Below, piece after piece: positions 14,510 through 39,909 of a stretch of 64,000 bases of DNA. The DNA is from Tubiluchus corallicola (lineage: Eukaryota; Animalia; Priapulida), in contig JAQGDQ010000564.1 in assembly GCA_030141605.1 (NCBI GenBank), forward strand, positions 75,424 to 139,423. The letters run 5' to 3'. Below the pieces are notes generated by a model. It did not search any database. It was not told the origin of the DNA and was given only the letters and a program-made list of their open reading frames with translations. Both the position numbers and the translations under genes were made by a program. Numbering within the stretch: position 1 is the first letter of the stretch; each line of letters opens with the position of its first letter.

Positions 14510-15995
14510 GTTGTGTTGTTGTTGCTGTTGTTGTTGTTGTTGTTGTTGTTGTTGCAGTTGTGTTGTTGTTGTTTTTGCTGTTGTTGTTGTTGCAGTTGTG
14601 TTGTTGTTGCTGTTGTTGTGTTGTTGTTGTTGTTGTTGCAGTTGTGTTGTTGTTGTTGCTGCTGTTGTTGCTGTTGTTGTTGCTGTTGTTGTTCTTGCTG
14701 TTGTTGCTGCTGTTGTTGCTGTTGTCGTATTCGGTCGTCGTAGCTGTTGTTGCTCTTGCCTCTGCTTCTGCTATTGTTGTGTTTATTGCTGTAATTATCA
14801 TTTAACACAGTGAAATCTGCGATCGAGTATACAACAATAGAGTTTACTTAACCTTGATGTTTGTGGTAAGATCAAAATCTACCTTTAACGAGATGAGTGG
14901 CTGAGGCAGTCTTTCTGGGAACCAATCCATTTTGTGACTAGGTATAACATTGCTTGACATAACAGCAGCCATTTTTTGGATTTCAGGGCAAGTTTATTTA
15001 GACGGTGCACCAGTGCTTTCTGATACGTATGAAGAATGTTTAGTTGAAGTAAAAGAAGAAGTTCATGGATTTTCTGGAGGTAACACAAATATCATATTAA
15101 GGTTGCGTAAGTCAGTTTTGCAAAATAACATGGTATGCTTCTGTTCAACATTTTAAAGAGTAGACTGTTTTCACCTACAATTCAAGATTGGGTCCCCTAA
15201 AATTGCTTTAAAGGAACTTTTACTCTTGTTCCCGCAAAACTGTGAAGTCAATTTTAATTATGTGCCACAAATGGTAACAAAACATAAGAATGCAATGAAT
15301 TTTGCAAACGATGACTATCGTGCGTCGTGCGGTACGTGCAACAAAGAGCACCGCATGTCCGTATGTTAATAAAATCCCGTGGAATATCAATAGAGTACTT
15401 CGTCTTTGGATCTCCTTAAAATAAATTTAACAAGCATTTTCACAGTACGAGCAATTGATCATCATCGTGAAAAGGTCAAAGGTCAAGTGTACCAGCAACG
15501 CATTCATGTACAGGTGGCAACGCCTCGCATCCCAAGCTATTGTAATAGTAACAGTTTTAATAGCTAGCTAGAACCTTACCTTGTTCATTTTTTCTTGTTT
15601 CCAAGCAAGAACCTGCTAGTAAATCACTCTATGCACAGACTAATGCATATTTAAGTAAAGACCACGTAAAAAACAAGTAAATTGACTGAACTGATGCGGC
15701 AGACGGCCTTGCTTTTCACACGTGTCACGTGACGGTTGTAGTTAAGACCCCTTACTGTAGTACACTTAAACTTTGTCTTGCAGCAACTGCGCGTGCGCAC
15801 AACGACGTTTAAAAAATCAATAATTTCTTATTTGTTACAGGTGCAATGGCGGCCTTAGCTTTCTCCATGATGTTAGTAGGGGCCATTCTAGCAGCACTGA
15901 TTATGTACGCTTTCAGGAGGCATCATGATTATGTGCGGGCTTCAAATTCAACGATCCGATTTGCCAACGACGAAGCTGTAATGAGCGAATCATGA
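965..15995 (+). CDS. Partial (5' end upstream of window) multi-exon gene for a type I transmembrane protein with four PAN/apple-like Cys-rich domains
   Basis: Phase-consistent GT-AG exons: 965-1094, 1835-1950, 2114-2177, 3896-4135, 5593-5775, 6503-6585, 7749-7911, 8348-8467, 9493-9612, 11589-11724, 14316-14437, 14987-15079, 15841-15995 (1725 nt, open to TGA). PAN-like motifs include DCERYCATEEMFQCKGFNIC...CELYAR, EACAEICFDMEDFDCRSFEHC...CFHYSR and KCAKACVEYSDDFECRSFDYC...CDHYSR. The hydrophobic segment AMAALAFSMMLVGAILAALIMYAF is followed by RR and a short tail. Confidence 0.8.
1250..1775 (+). repeat. Dispersed ~500-bp repeat; second copy at ~7190-7662
   Basis: Colinear similarity from ATTACCACACAAACACAATTT through GCACAAAAAACAGGTGCTGTACCTCTCAGTT to GCTGTGTTCCTTTAAT. 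Confidence 0.75.
2770..3607. repeat. ~32-bp minisatellite
   Basis: Unit tataatgtcaacctcgttataacgcccctttt. Confidence 0.9.
4238..4562. repeat. (GAT/GAC)n microsatellite
   Basis: Direct inspection. Confidence 0.95.
6353..6492. repeat. (AAT)n microsatellite abutting a splice acceptor
   Basis: Direct inspection. Confidence 0.95.
8584..9272. repeat. 123-bp tandem repeat (~5.6 copies)
   Basis: gtgttgcacaccacaagc recurs at 8584, 8707, 8830 and onward. Confidence 0.92.
11265..11460. repeat. (GACA/GACT)n microsatellite
   Basis: Direct inspection. Confidence 0.9.
11714..12480 (+). repeat. ~37-45-bp tandem array starting at the donor of PAN-gene exon 11589-11724
   Basis: TTTGAATGCAG|gtatgtgctaaatcatgttgg is repeated exactly once (second GT at 11770), then continues as diverged units. 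Confidence 0.85.
12643..12977 (+). mobile_element. Solo LTR
   Basis: TGTTGTG...CACAACA inverted termini, TATAT on both sides, internal AATAAA near 12904. Confidence 0.65.
14455..14790. repeat. (GTT/GCT)n microsatellite
   Basis: Direct inspection. Confidence 0.95.
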
Positions 15996-16749
15996 AGATG
16001 TAATTAAAAATTAGCTAATTAATGTGACTAACGAGAAAGCATATTATTATTACGTAATGGCGTATTCATGAAGCAAATAGTAGAGTCATATCAACTTAAA
16101 CTATTGTGTATATATTAGGCTAGCAGACACATGTATCTTTGAACAGTGGCGTAACTAGTGGGGGAGCAAGGGGAGCAAGCACTACCCCTTGAAACATTTT
16201 TCAAAATTGGCTCATTTTCTCAAGAAATATTTAGTTCACAACCATTGTTCATATATATTAGGCTAGAAGACTCATATATCTTTGATCAGTGGCGTAACTA
16301 GTGGGGGACCAAGGGGAGCAAGCACTACCCCTTGAAACATTTTTCAAAATTGGCGCGTTTTCTCAACAAATATTTAGTTCATTCACGCGATTGCTGAACG
16401 ATCCTTTAATTGGTTGAAACTGATTGTTGTTTATTTATTTCACAACAACACAAATACACAATCAATACATTAAAAGAAACAAAAAGTTATCAATAATTCA
16501 ATGAATAACAAACAGTAAGATACATAATAGGAAGCAAATTTTGGAAAAAATGATTTAAACTGTCTTTAGACGTAGGTGAACCAATGGTAAACAAAGATAG
16601 TGATATCACTACTTCCTCTAATACTGGTGTCTAAACAACGTTATGACAACCTAAACAGCACATTACATAAGTTATATATATATATATATATAATATATAT
16701 ATAAGTTACAAGTTTATTTATTTCCACTCTGCATCTAACAGTTATAATA

Positions 16750-17290
16750 AAAATACAGATAATTTCATAGAAGTAAATATAAATATAAATGCAATATTAT
16801 CCAGAAATTACAAAAGAGATTTTTATGCAGCATATACATTACATTACAGAATAATTTTGATGCATGCAGTTTGAGCCTAAAAGCATAGCTTGACAGGCCA
16901 AGTTGTACGTGGAAATCTTAAATAATAATATATACATAAAAGTGGGGGGGGGGAGTAGTGAATGAAAGATGAAATGGAGCGAGAACTAAGAAAAACTGTG
17001 ATCATGTATATAAAGTGTTCAGTAACCTGTTGAGCATAGTCACGTTTTATTAAGATTACTGTGGAAAAAGAATGCAGGTGATTACCATTATCAAACTGTG
17101 TTACTCTCAATACTTTTGAAATATTTCTTTTCTGACGGTTTTTTTAAAAGTTGAAAGGGAGTGACTACATTTTGAATTGCGGCTTAGTCTATTCCAGAGG
17201 ACTGGTCCCATATAGCTAATGAAATGTTTCGCGATATTTACAAATATACTAACTTGACTTTCAAAACACTGTGGGGTTGAAAGATAAACA
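16750..17290 (-). mobile_element. 3' fragment of a CR1/L2-like LINE
   Basis: The minus strand around 17230-17140 reads KHFISYMGPVLWNRL, typical of CR1/L2 ORF2 C-termini, followed by AT-rich sequence resembling a 3' UTR. Confidence 0.45.
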
Positions 17291-17809
17291 AGAGAATTAT
17301 CGCTGTTGTATGTTGCTTAGTAAATTCGTATACAGTTTCACTTTGAGCGCATAACTAATTTAGATATACTCTATATGTTTAATGGTTTGCTATATATACA
17401 AATCGTAACTTCGATATACAATGGACGAGGATAGATTGTGTGGGTTTAGCTTTGATCTCCATTGAAAGAAATTTGGCTACTGAGATGGATTATAATGAAG
17501 TTATAAATTACGTTGCTAGCAATGAAGCCTAGATGAAAGAGACGGTTGTAGTTCCTTTATGATACCCTTCCCACAATGCATTCAGTTTGTTTTCATTTTA
17601 CGTTTAAAATTAAAACGAATAAAACAACACATCATGTTTTAATTATGTTTTGAGATTTAAGAACTTATTGTAAAACTTTTTGTTGCGTTTTAGTTTTAAA
17701 CACAAAATAACAATTATGAACTTCATTTAAAACTGTATCCTCCAAAGTGTTTTGATTTTAAACACAAAATTAAATCGTATAATCGATGCGTTAAAAATTG
17801 TTTGGTATG

Positions 17810-19104
17810 TGTCACGGCGCCCTTGTTTATGCACTTGCTCCCCCTAACTTTAGAACGGCTATGCCCCTGTCACAGTGTCTTTTATGTGCTTGCTCCCCCT
17901 AGCTTTAGAACCTGGCTATGCCCCTGTCACGGCGTCTTTTGTATGTGCTTACTCCCCCTAGCTTTAGAACCTGGCTATGCCCCTGTCACGGCGTCTTTTG
18001 TATGTGCTTACTCCCCCTAGCTTTAGAACCTGGCTACGCCCCTGTCAAGGCGTCTTTTGTATGTGCTTGCTCCCCCTAGCTTTAGAACCTGGCTACGCCC
18101 CTGTCACAGTGTATTTTTTATGTGCTTGCTCCCCCTAGCTTTAGAACCTGGCTACGCCCCTGTCACAGTGCTTTTTTTATGTGCTTGCTCCCCCTAACTT
18201 TAGAACCTGGCTATGCCCCTGTCACAGCATCTTTTGTATGTGCTTACTCCCCCTAACTTTAGAACCTGGCTACGCCCCTGTCACGGCGTCTTTTGTATGT
18301 GCTTACTCCCCCTAGCTTTAGAACCTGGTTACGCCCCTGTCACGGCGTCTTTTGTATGTGCTTGCTCCCCCTAGCTTCAGAACCTGGCTACGCCCCTGTC
18401 ACAGTGTCTTTTGTATGTGCTTGCTCCCTCTAACTTTAGAACCTGGCTATGCCCCTGTCACAGTGTCTTTTTATGTACTCGCTCCCCCTAACTTTAGAAC
18501 CTGGCTATGCCCCTGTCACAGCATCTTTTGTATGTGCTTACTCCCCCTAGCTTTAGAACCTGGCTATGCCCCTGTCACAGCATCTTTTGTATGTGCTTAC
18601 TCCCCCTAACTTTAGAACCTGGTTACGCCCCTGTCACGGCACCTTTTGTATGTGCTTACTCCCCCTAACTTTAGAACCTGGCTACGCCCCTGTCACAGCA
18701 TCTTTTGTATGTGCTTGCTCCCTCTAACTTTAGAACCTGGCTACGCCCCTGCCACAGCATCTTTTGTATGTGCTTGCTCCCTCTAACTTTAGAACCTGGT
18801 TACGCCCCTGTCACAGCATCTTTTGTATGTGCTTGCTCCCTCTAACTTTAGAACCTGGTTACGCCCCTGTCACGGCACCTTTTGTATGTGCTTACTCCCC
18901 CTAACTTTAGAACCTGGCTACGCCCCTGTCACAGTGTCTTTTGTATGTGCTTGCTCCCCCTAACTTTAGAACCTGGCTACGCCCCTGTCACAGTGTCTTT
19001 TGTATGTGCTTGCTCCCCCTAACTTTAGAACCTGGCTACGCCCCTGTCACAGTGTCTTTGTATGTGCTTGCTCCCCCTAACTTTAGAACCTGACTACGAC
19101 CCTG
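17810..19104 (+). repeat. 59-bp minisatellite (~22 copies) made from the hAT element terminus
   Basis: Unit cttgctccccctaactttagaacctggctacgcccctgtcacagtgtcttttgtatgtg. Confidence 0.95.
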
Positions 19105-19976
19105 ATGTACAGCGATTACTTACCTCTAAACTGGATTTTGTATCTGATAACACAGGTAATAACAAACTGAGAACATCACTTCTATTTGAGCCAGCGTAAG
19201 CTAAACCTAACCTGCAACACAATGACACAAACTCATGTTATATAATAACAGAAAATATTTTTGTGTTCATTCATTTGTTATAGAGCCTTCAAATTATGTA
19301 GCACTCTACTGTTTGCCTGTATATATAGTAATGCTGCAGATTTAAACAAAATTCAGAAGATTATCGATTTTGCAGCCTGGAGCCATGTCGAACCGGTGCA
19401 AGACCACACATCTGACGTCATTATAAATTTGAAACTTTTATATGATAAAGAATTAGCTATTTTTGCAGAAGCTTGCTTGCTTCACAAAATGCAGGGATGA
19501 GAAAAAACTCTGAAACAGGTTGGGCGTTGAGGGGCCAAGCCCCCTTGGAGCCAGCAAGAAATTGCAATTTTGTGACCATAGAGAGCCTCTAAGTGGACTT
19601 AAAATATCAGTTACCTTGTTTCATGCATAATTTAAAATACACAACTATCAAGGATACATGATACCTAATTGTCTGAAAAATGCCTAAGTACTGGCCGCTC
19701 CTATGCAAAAGTATAAAAACAGTCTGCAATTGACTCAAATAACTCCGCACAATTGATTCTATATTTTTATACATAGAGATCTACACGTGGTTACACTGAT
19801 GTACGTGATGTAAACAAAGTGACGGCCTGCCAACTAGCGGTCAGCTTGTGAAATAACGTACTGGGTCCGTAAAAATTTTCTCAACGAATTTACGAAAATG
19901 GCACTACTGGTCTTCCAAAAACTCAGAATATTCTAATCCCTGAAAATATTAATCACTAAAAAAATCAACTTGCATC

Positions 19977-20760
19977 CATAAAAAAGACGCCGTGACAGGG
20001 GCGTAGCCAGGTTCTAAAGCTAGGGGGAGTAAGCACATACAAAAGACGCCGTGACAGGGGCGTAGCCAGGTTCTAAAGTTAGGGGGAGTAAGCACATACA
20101 AAAGACGCTGTGACAGGGGCATAGCCAGGTTCTAAAGCTAGGGGGAGCAAGCACATAAAAAATACACTGTGACAGGGGCATAGACAGGTTCTAAAGCTAG
20201 GGGGAGCAAGCACATAAAAAATACACTGTGACAGGGGCATAGACAGGTTCTAAAGCTAGGGGGAGCAAGCACATACAAAAGACGCCGTCACACATGCTAA
20301 ACAATTTTTAACGCACTTATTGTACATTTTAATTTTGTGTTTAAAATCAAAACATGAGGAAGACGCAGTTTTAAAGGAAGTACATAATAGTTATTTTGTA
20401 TTTAAAATTAAAACAAAATTAAAAGTTTAGAGTAAGCTCTTAAATATCAAAACATGTTAAAAATGAGCATTATTTAATTATTTTAATTTCAAACGTAAAA
20501 TGAAAACAAAATGAATCATTGTGAAAAATGTATGACAAAGGAACTACAACAGTCTCTTTCATCTAGGCTTCATTCCAGCAAAATAATCTGTAACTTTATT
20601 ATAATCCACCTCAGTAGCCAACTCTCTCTTTCAATGAAAAGCAAAGCTAACCCAGACAATCTATCCTAGTCCATTGCAGAACGAAGGTAGGACTTTATCT
20701 AATTCAGCTGACTAAAGGACCATTCAGCAACCCCACAAGTGAATTAAAAATTGTTGAAAA
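19977..20760 (-). mobile_element. Second, inverted 3' fragment of the same hAT family with ~5 copies of the 59-bp unit
   Basis: Reverse complement of 17400-18100. The minus strand translates to TCGVAEWSFSQLN*IKSYLRSAMD*DRLSGLALLFIERE, resembling the hAT ERSFS-LKLIK-YLRSTM motif. Confidence 0.75.
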
Positions 20761-21454
20761 GGTGCCAATTTTGAAAAAAAACATGCTAGGGGGAGCTGTT
20801 GCTTATCATTTCTTTTTATGTCTTCTGGATGCTGTTTGGTACATTGTATTTTTGGTCGGATCAAGTCATAAACTAACAGAAACGACTTTCGATCCCCAGG
20901 CTTGAGAAAGAAAGTTTATTTTGACAACATAATATATGCAAAGAAAACATAAAATAGTACCTCATATATCAGATTCAGACAAAGATCACAACAAACCACG
21001 GTAATTAGAGTCAGAAAAAATACACATTTCTACACAATTTTGCATTTTCATCATCATCATCATACGCCCGTCACGTCTATTGTAGACATTGGGCAGGCAG
21101 AATTCTAAAATAAAAGAAATCTGCCTTCAGACAGGTAAACGCAGCAGTAATCAGCAAAAAAACTAGACACTGCTACGCCAGTGGCTTGTCAGCACCACTT
21201 CCGAATTATTTGCATTTTCCACAACCTCAAGAGGGAACACAATGTGGGAAACCTTAAACCCTCCAAACAACACAGAGATTCAGTAATTCACAAGGACCAC
21301 TACAGGACCCAATGGAGCCCAGAGTCAAGTTAAGTCGTCAGAGTGCACCATAGTGCTACTGATCATAGTTGGGTACTGAGAATTGGCCGGTGCTTCATAA
21401 TAATATTTAATATCCTGAGGTTCAGAATATCTCCTGCACTATGCAAGGTGTTAC

Positions 21455-22300
21455 CAGTGCAGTAAAGGTTGTGACATTTTACAATAGTTCAAAATTGGTT
21501 CTAGTACACTATAGGTTGTGACATTTTACAATAGTTCAAAATTGGTTCTAGTGCACTAAAGGTTGTGACATTTTACAATAGTTCAAAATTGGTTCTAGTG
21601 CTCTATAGGTTGTGACATTTTACAATAGTTCAAAATTGGTTCTAGTGCACTAAAGGTTGTGACATTTTACAATAGTTCAAAATTGGTTCTAGTGCACTAA
21701 AGGTTGTGACATTTTACAATAGTTCAAAATTGGTTCTAGTGCACTATAGGTTGTGACATTTTACAATAGTTCAAAATTGGTTCTAGTGCACTATAGGTTG
21801 TGACATTTTACAATAGTTCAAAATTGGTTCTAGTGCACTAAAGGTTGTGACATTTTACAATAGTTTGAAACTGGTTCTAGTGCACTAAATTTTGTGACAT
21901 TTTACAATAGTTCAAAATTGGTTCTAGTGCACTAAAGGTTGTGACATTTTACAATAGTTCAAAATTGGTTCTAGTGCACTAAAGGTTGTGACATTTTACA
22001 ATAGTTCAAAATTGGTTCTAGTGCACTAAAGGTTGTGACATTTTACAATAGTTCAAAATTGGTTCTAGTGCACTATAGGTTGTGACATTTTACAATAGTT
22101 TGAAACTGGTACTAGTGCACTATAGGTTGTGACATTTTACAATAGTTCAAAATTGGTTCTAGTGCACTAAAGGTTGTGACATTTTACAATAGTTTGAAAC
22201 TGGTACTAGTGCACTAAATTTTGTGACATTTTACAATAGTTCAAAATTGGTTCTAGTGCACTAAAGGTTGTGACATTTTACAGTAGTTCAAAACTGGCAC
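21455..22300. repeat. 47-bp minisatellite (~18 copies)
   Basis: Unit aaaggttgtgacattttacaatagttcaaaattggttctagtgcact. Confidence 0.95.
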
Positions 22301-22519
22301 TAACTACCAGTTTAGCAGAAATAAGGCAGTGACTTAGGGACATTTTCACAGAGAAAAGGGACTAAATGTTCAAATTGTTAGGAAATCATAGGAAATCGAA
22401 AGATGCCAGGTGGTCCAGAAAATCAATAACCGTAAAACAGCGCACATGTTTGTTGTCGATCTTGTATTCGAATTTGTTCATTTTATACGATTATTCAAAG
22501 TTTGCCTTGAATTCGTGCA

Positions 22520-22921
22520 TGTGAAAGTCATGTTTGAAGTTGTAGATCCCTCACTTTGTTATGACTGAGTTTAGGCACAGAAGTATGAACAAGAATAAAA
22601 AATCTATAATACATATTTGCACTGCACACAACAGAAAAGTGTTTATTAAAACTACAGACACATGAGTAGCATGACTGCTGCACTGAACACTGAGTTAGAG
22701 TGACTAGAAAGCAAAACCAGTCAGTATATATAGGTATAGGTGACCTATGCAGACTTGCACAGGCTTCACAACAACCATTACTTTAAAATAGGGAGAGGAC
22801 CAGTGAATATGCATTCACTGGACCATACAATTATACTGGGGGTAAGTCAGCTGGTAGAATGTAACAGGAGTAGCCCATAGATGGCAGCACCTAATTATAA
22901 TGTACAATTCCAACTTCCACA
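22520..22921. mobile_element. Solo LTR (family A, copy 1)
   Basis: TGTGAAAGT...ACTTCCACA termini and 5-bp TSD GTGCA; highly similar to 25522-25890. Confidence 0.8.
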
Positions 22922-22989
22922 GTGCACTCTGGTGTGATATTTTACAAGAAATAAGTATCACTACTACCTGTATTATTTACTATGTTTAG

Positions 22990-37874
<14,885 letters not shown>

Positions 37875-38284
37875 ACTTTGTTTGTTTTCATCATTACGAT
37901 GCCAAGGTGAAAGTTGTTTGTGAAAAGATCTCAAACAGGTTTCGCTTAACAGTTTCGTTCTCCACCAATTGTAAATTATTTGCCGTTACCGTGTCTGTTA
38001 GGTGCAGCGGTAACGACAAAAAGTAAAACTGTCGTTCATGAAACAGTGTTACACTCGCATTGCTGCGTAAACTAAAAGAATATAAACGAGTTTAGTGCAG
38101 CTGTATTTAAACTTTTGTACATTTTTCATGTTCCATTATAATAAATGTTACATAGTGACAGTACCATTATGTTTATTGCTCAGTCTCTCTTGAAACTAGC
38201 ATTTTGAAAAATATATTTGAACAGTCAGTACCTAGTATTTGCCTACAAAAAATGAATACTAACAATATTCAGTTCGTTTCATTA

Positions 38285-39172
38285 TTAAAGCTGTATTTTA
38301 AACAGACAATGCACGACAACAATAATAGAAAAGAATTATAGCTGTATTCTTGACCACAATACACGAGAACAATGATAGACAGAATTAAAAAGCTGTATTC
38401 TTGACAAACAAAGATAGAAAAGAATTAAAGCTGTATTTTTGACAGACAATACATAAAAACGATGATAAAAAAAGAATTAATTCTTGACAGACAATACATA
38501 ACAACAATGACAGGAAAGAATTAAAGCTGTATTCTTGACAGACAATACATGACAACAATGATAGGAAAGAATTAAAGCTGTATTCTTGACAGACAATACA
38601 CGACAACAATGATAGAAAAGAATTAAAGCTGCATTCTTGACAGACAATGCATGACAACAATGATAGAAAAGAATTAAAGCTGTATTCTTGACAGACAATA
38701 CATGACAACAATGATAGGAAAGAATTAAAGCTGTATTCTTGACAGACAATACACGACAACAATGATAGAAAAGAATTAAAGCTGCATTCTTGACAGACAA
38801 TGCATGACAACAATGATAGAAAAGAATTAAAGCTGTATTCTTGACAGACAATACACGACAACAATGATAGAAAAGAATTAAAGCTGTATTCTTGACAGAC
38901 AATGCATGGCAACAATGATAGAAAAGAATTAAAGCTGTATTCTTGACAGACAATACATGACAACAATGATAGAAAAGAATTAAAGCTGTATTCTTGACAG
39001 ACAATACATGACAACAATGATAGAAAAGAATTAAAGCTGTATTCTTGACAGACAATACATGACAACAATGATAGAAAAGAATTAAAGCTGTATTCTTGAC
39101 AGACAATACATAACAATGATAGAAAAGAATTAAAGCTGTTTTTTGACAACAATACATGACAACAATGATAGA
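38285..39172. repeat. 51-bp minisatellite between the convergent PSMD2 and NCKAP1 3' ends, running into the gap
   Basis: Unit aattaaagctgtattcttgacagacaatacatgacaacaatgatagaaaag. Confidence 0.92.
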
Positions 39173-39592
39173 NNNNNNNNNNNNNNNNNNNNNNNNNNNN
39201 NNNNNNNNNNNNNNNNNNNNNNNNNNNNNNNNNNNNNNNNNNNNNNNNNNNNNNNNNNNNNNNNNNNNNNNNNNNNNNNNNNNNNNNNNNNNNNNNNNNN
39301 NNNNNNNNNNNNNNNNNNNNNNNNNNNNNNNNNNNNNNNNNNNNNNNNNNNNNNNNNNNNNNNNNNNNNNNNNNNNNNNNNNNNNNNNNNNNNNNNNNNN
39401 NNNNNNNNNNNNNNNNNNNNNNNNNNNNNNNNNNNNNNNNNNNNNNNNNNNNNNNNNNNNNNNNNNNNNNNNNNNNNNNNNNNNNNNNNNNNNNNNNNNN
39501 NNNNNNNNNNNNNNNNNNNNNNNNNNNNNNNNNNNNNNNNNNNNNNNNNNNNNNNNNNNNNNNNNNNNNNNNNNNNNNNNNNNNNNNNNNNN
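39173..39592. other. Assembly gap (420 N)
   Basis: Run of N. Confidence 1.
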
Positions 39593-39909
39593 ATACTTCT
39601 ATAAATCATAAACCTTAAGCTCTTTATATTAATAAGGTTTAATGAGGCTTTATATTAATAAGGAGACAACATGATGTATAGGATACCTACACACTATTAC
39701 TATAACTTAAAAAACATTTACCGGTACAACATTTAATAAGTCTATAAAACAGCTTTGTGGTTCACATGATAATGTTTTGAACACCAGAGGTCGCTATTCT
39801 ATGGTTGATAAATATCTCCACTAACAAATCAACATGTTTCAGCAACGCAACATTGAATTTCCAAGAGCCAGAATAGTTTTGTGAATCTTTTCTCGAAGAA
39901 AATGTGTTA

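Larger units (their letters stand above)
16144..19104 (+). mobile_element. Decayed hAT-type DNA transposon with transposase C-terminal remnant and tandemly amplified 3' end
   Basis: Left terminus-like CAGTGGCGTAACTAG at 16144 (duplicated at 16287). Positions 17400-17540 translate, with a stop and a frameshift, to LRYTMDEDRLCG/LALISIERNLATEMDYNEVINY, resembling the hAT dimerisation domain. The right end CCTGGCTACGCCCCTG is amplified as a 59-bp array. No TSD was found. Confidence 0.65.

Noticed and set aside
17810-22300. Regularly spaced repeats resembling CRISPR arrays
   Set aside because: These are head-to-tail units with no unique spacers and no cas genes, in a eukaryotic intron-containing context.
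39130-39611. ORFs spanning the N run
   Set aside because: Artefacts of the assembly gap.
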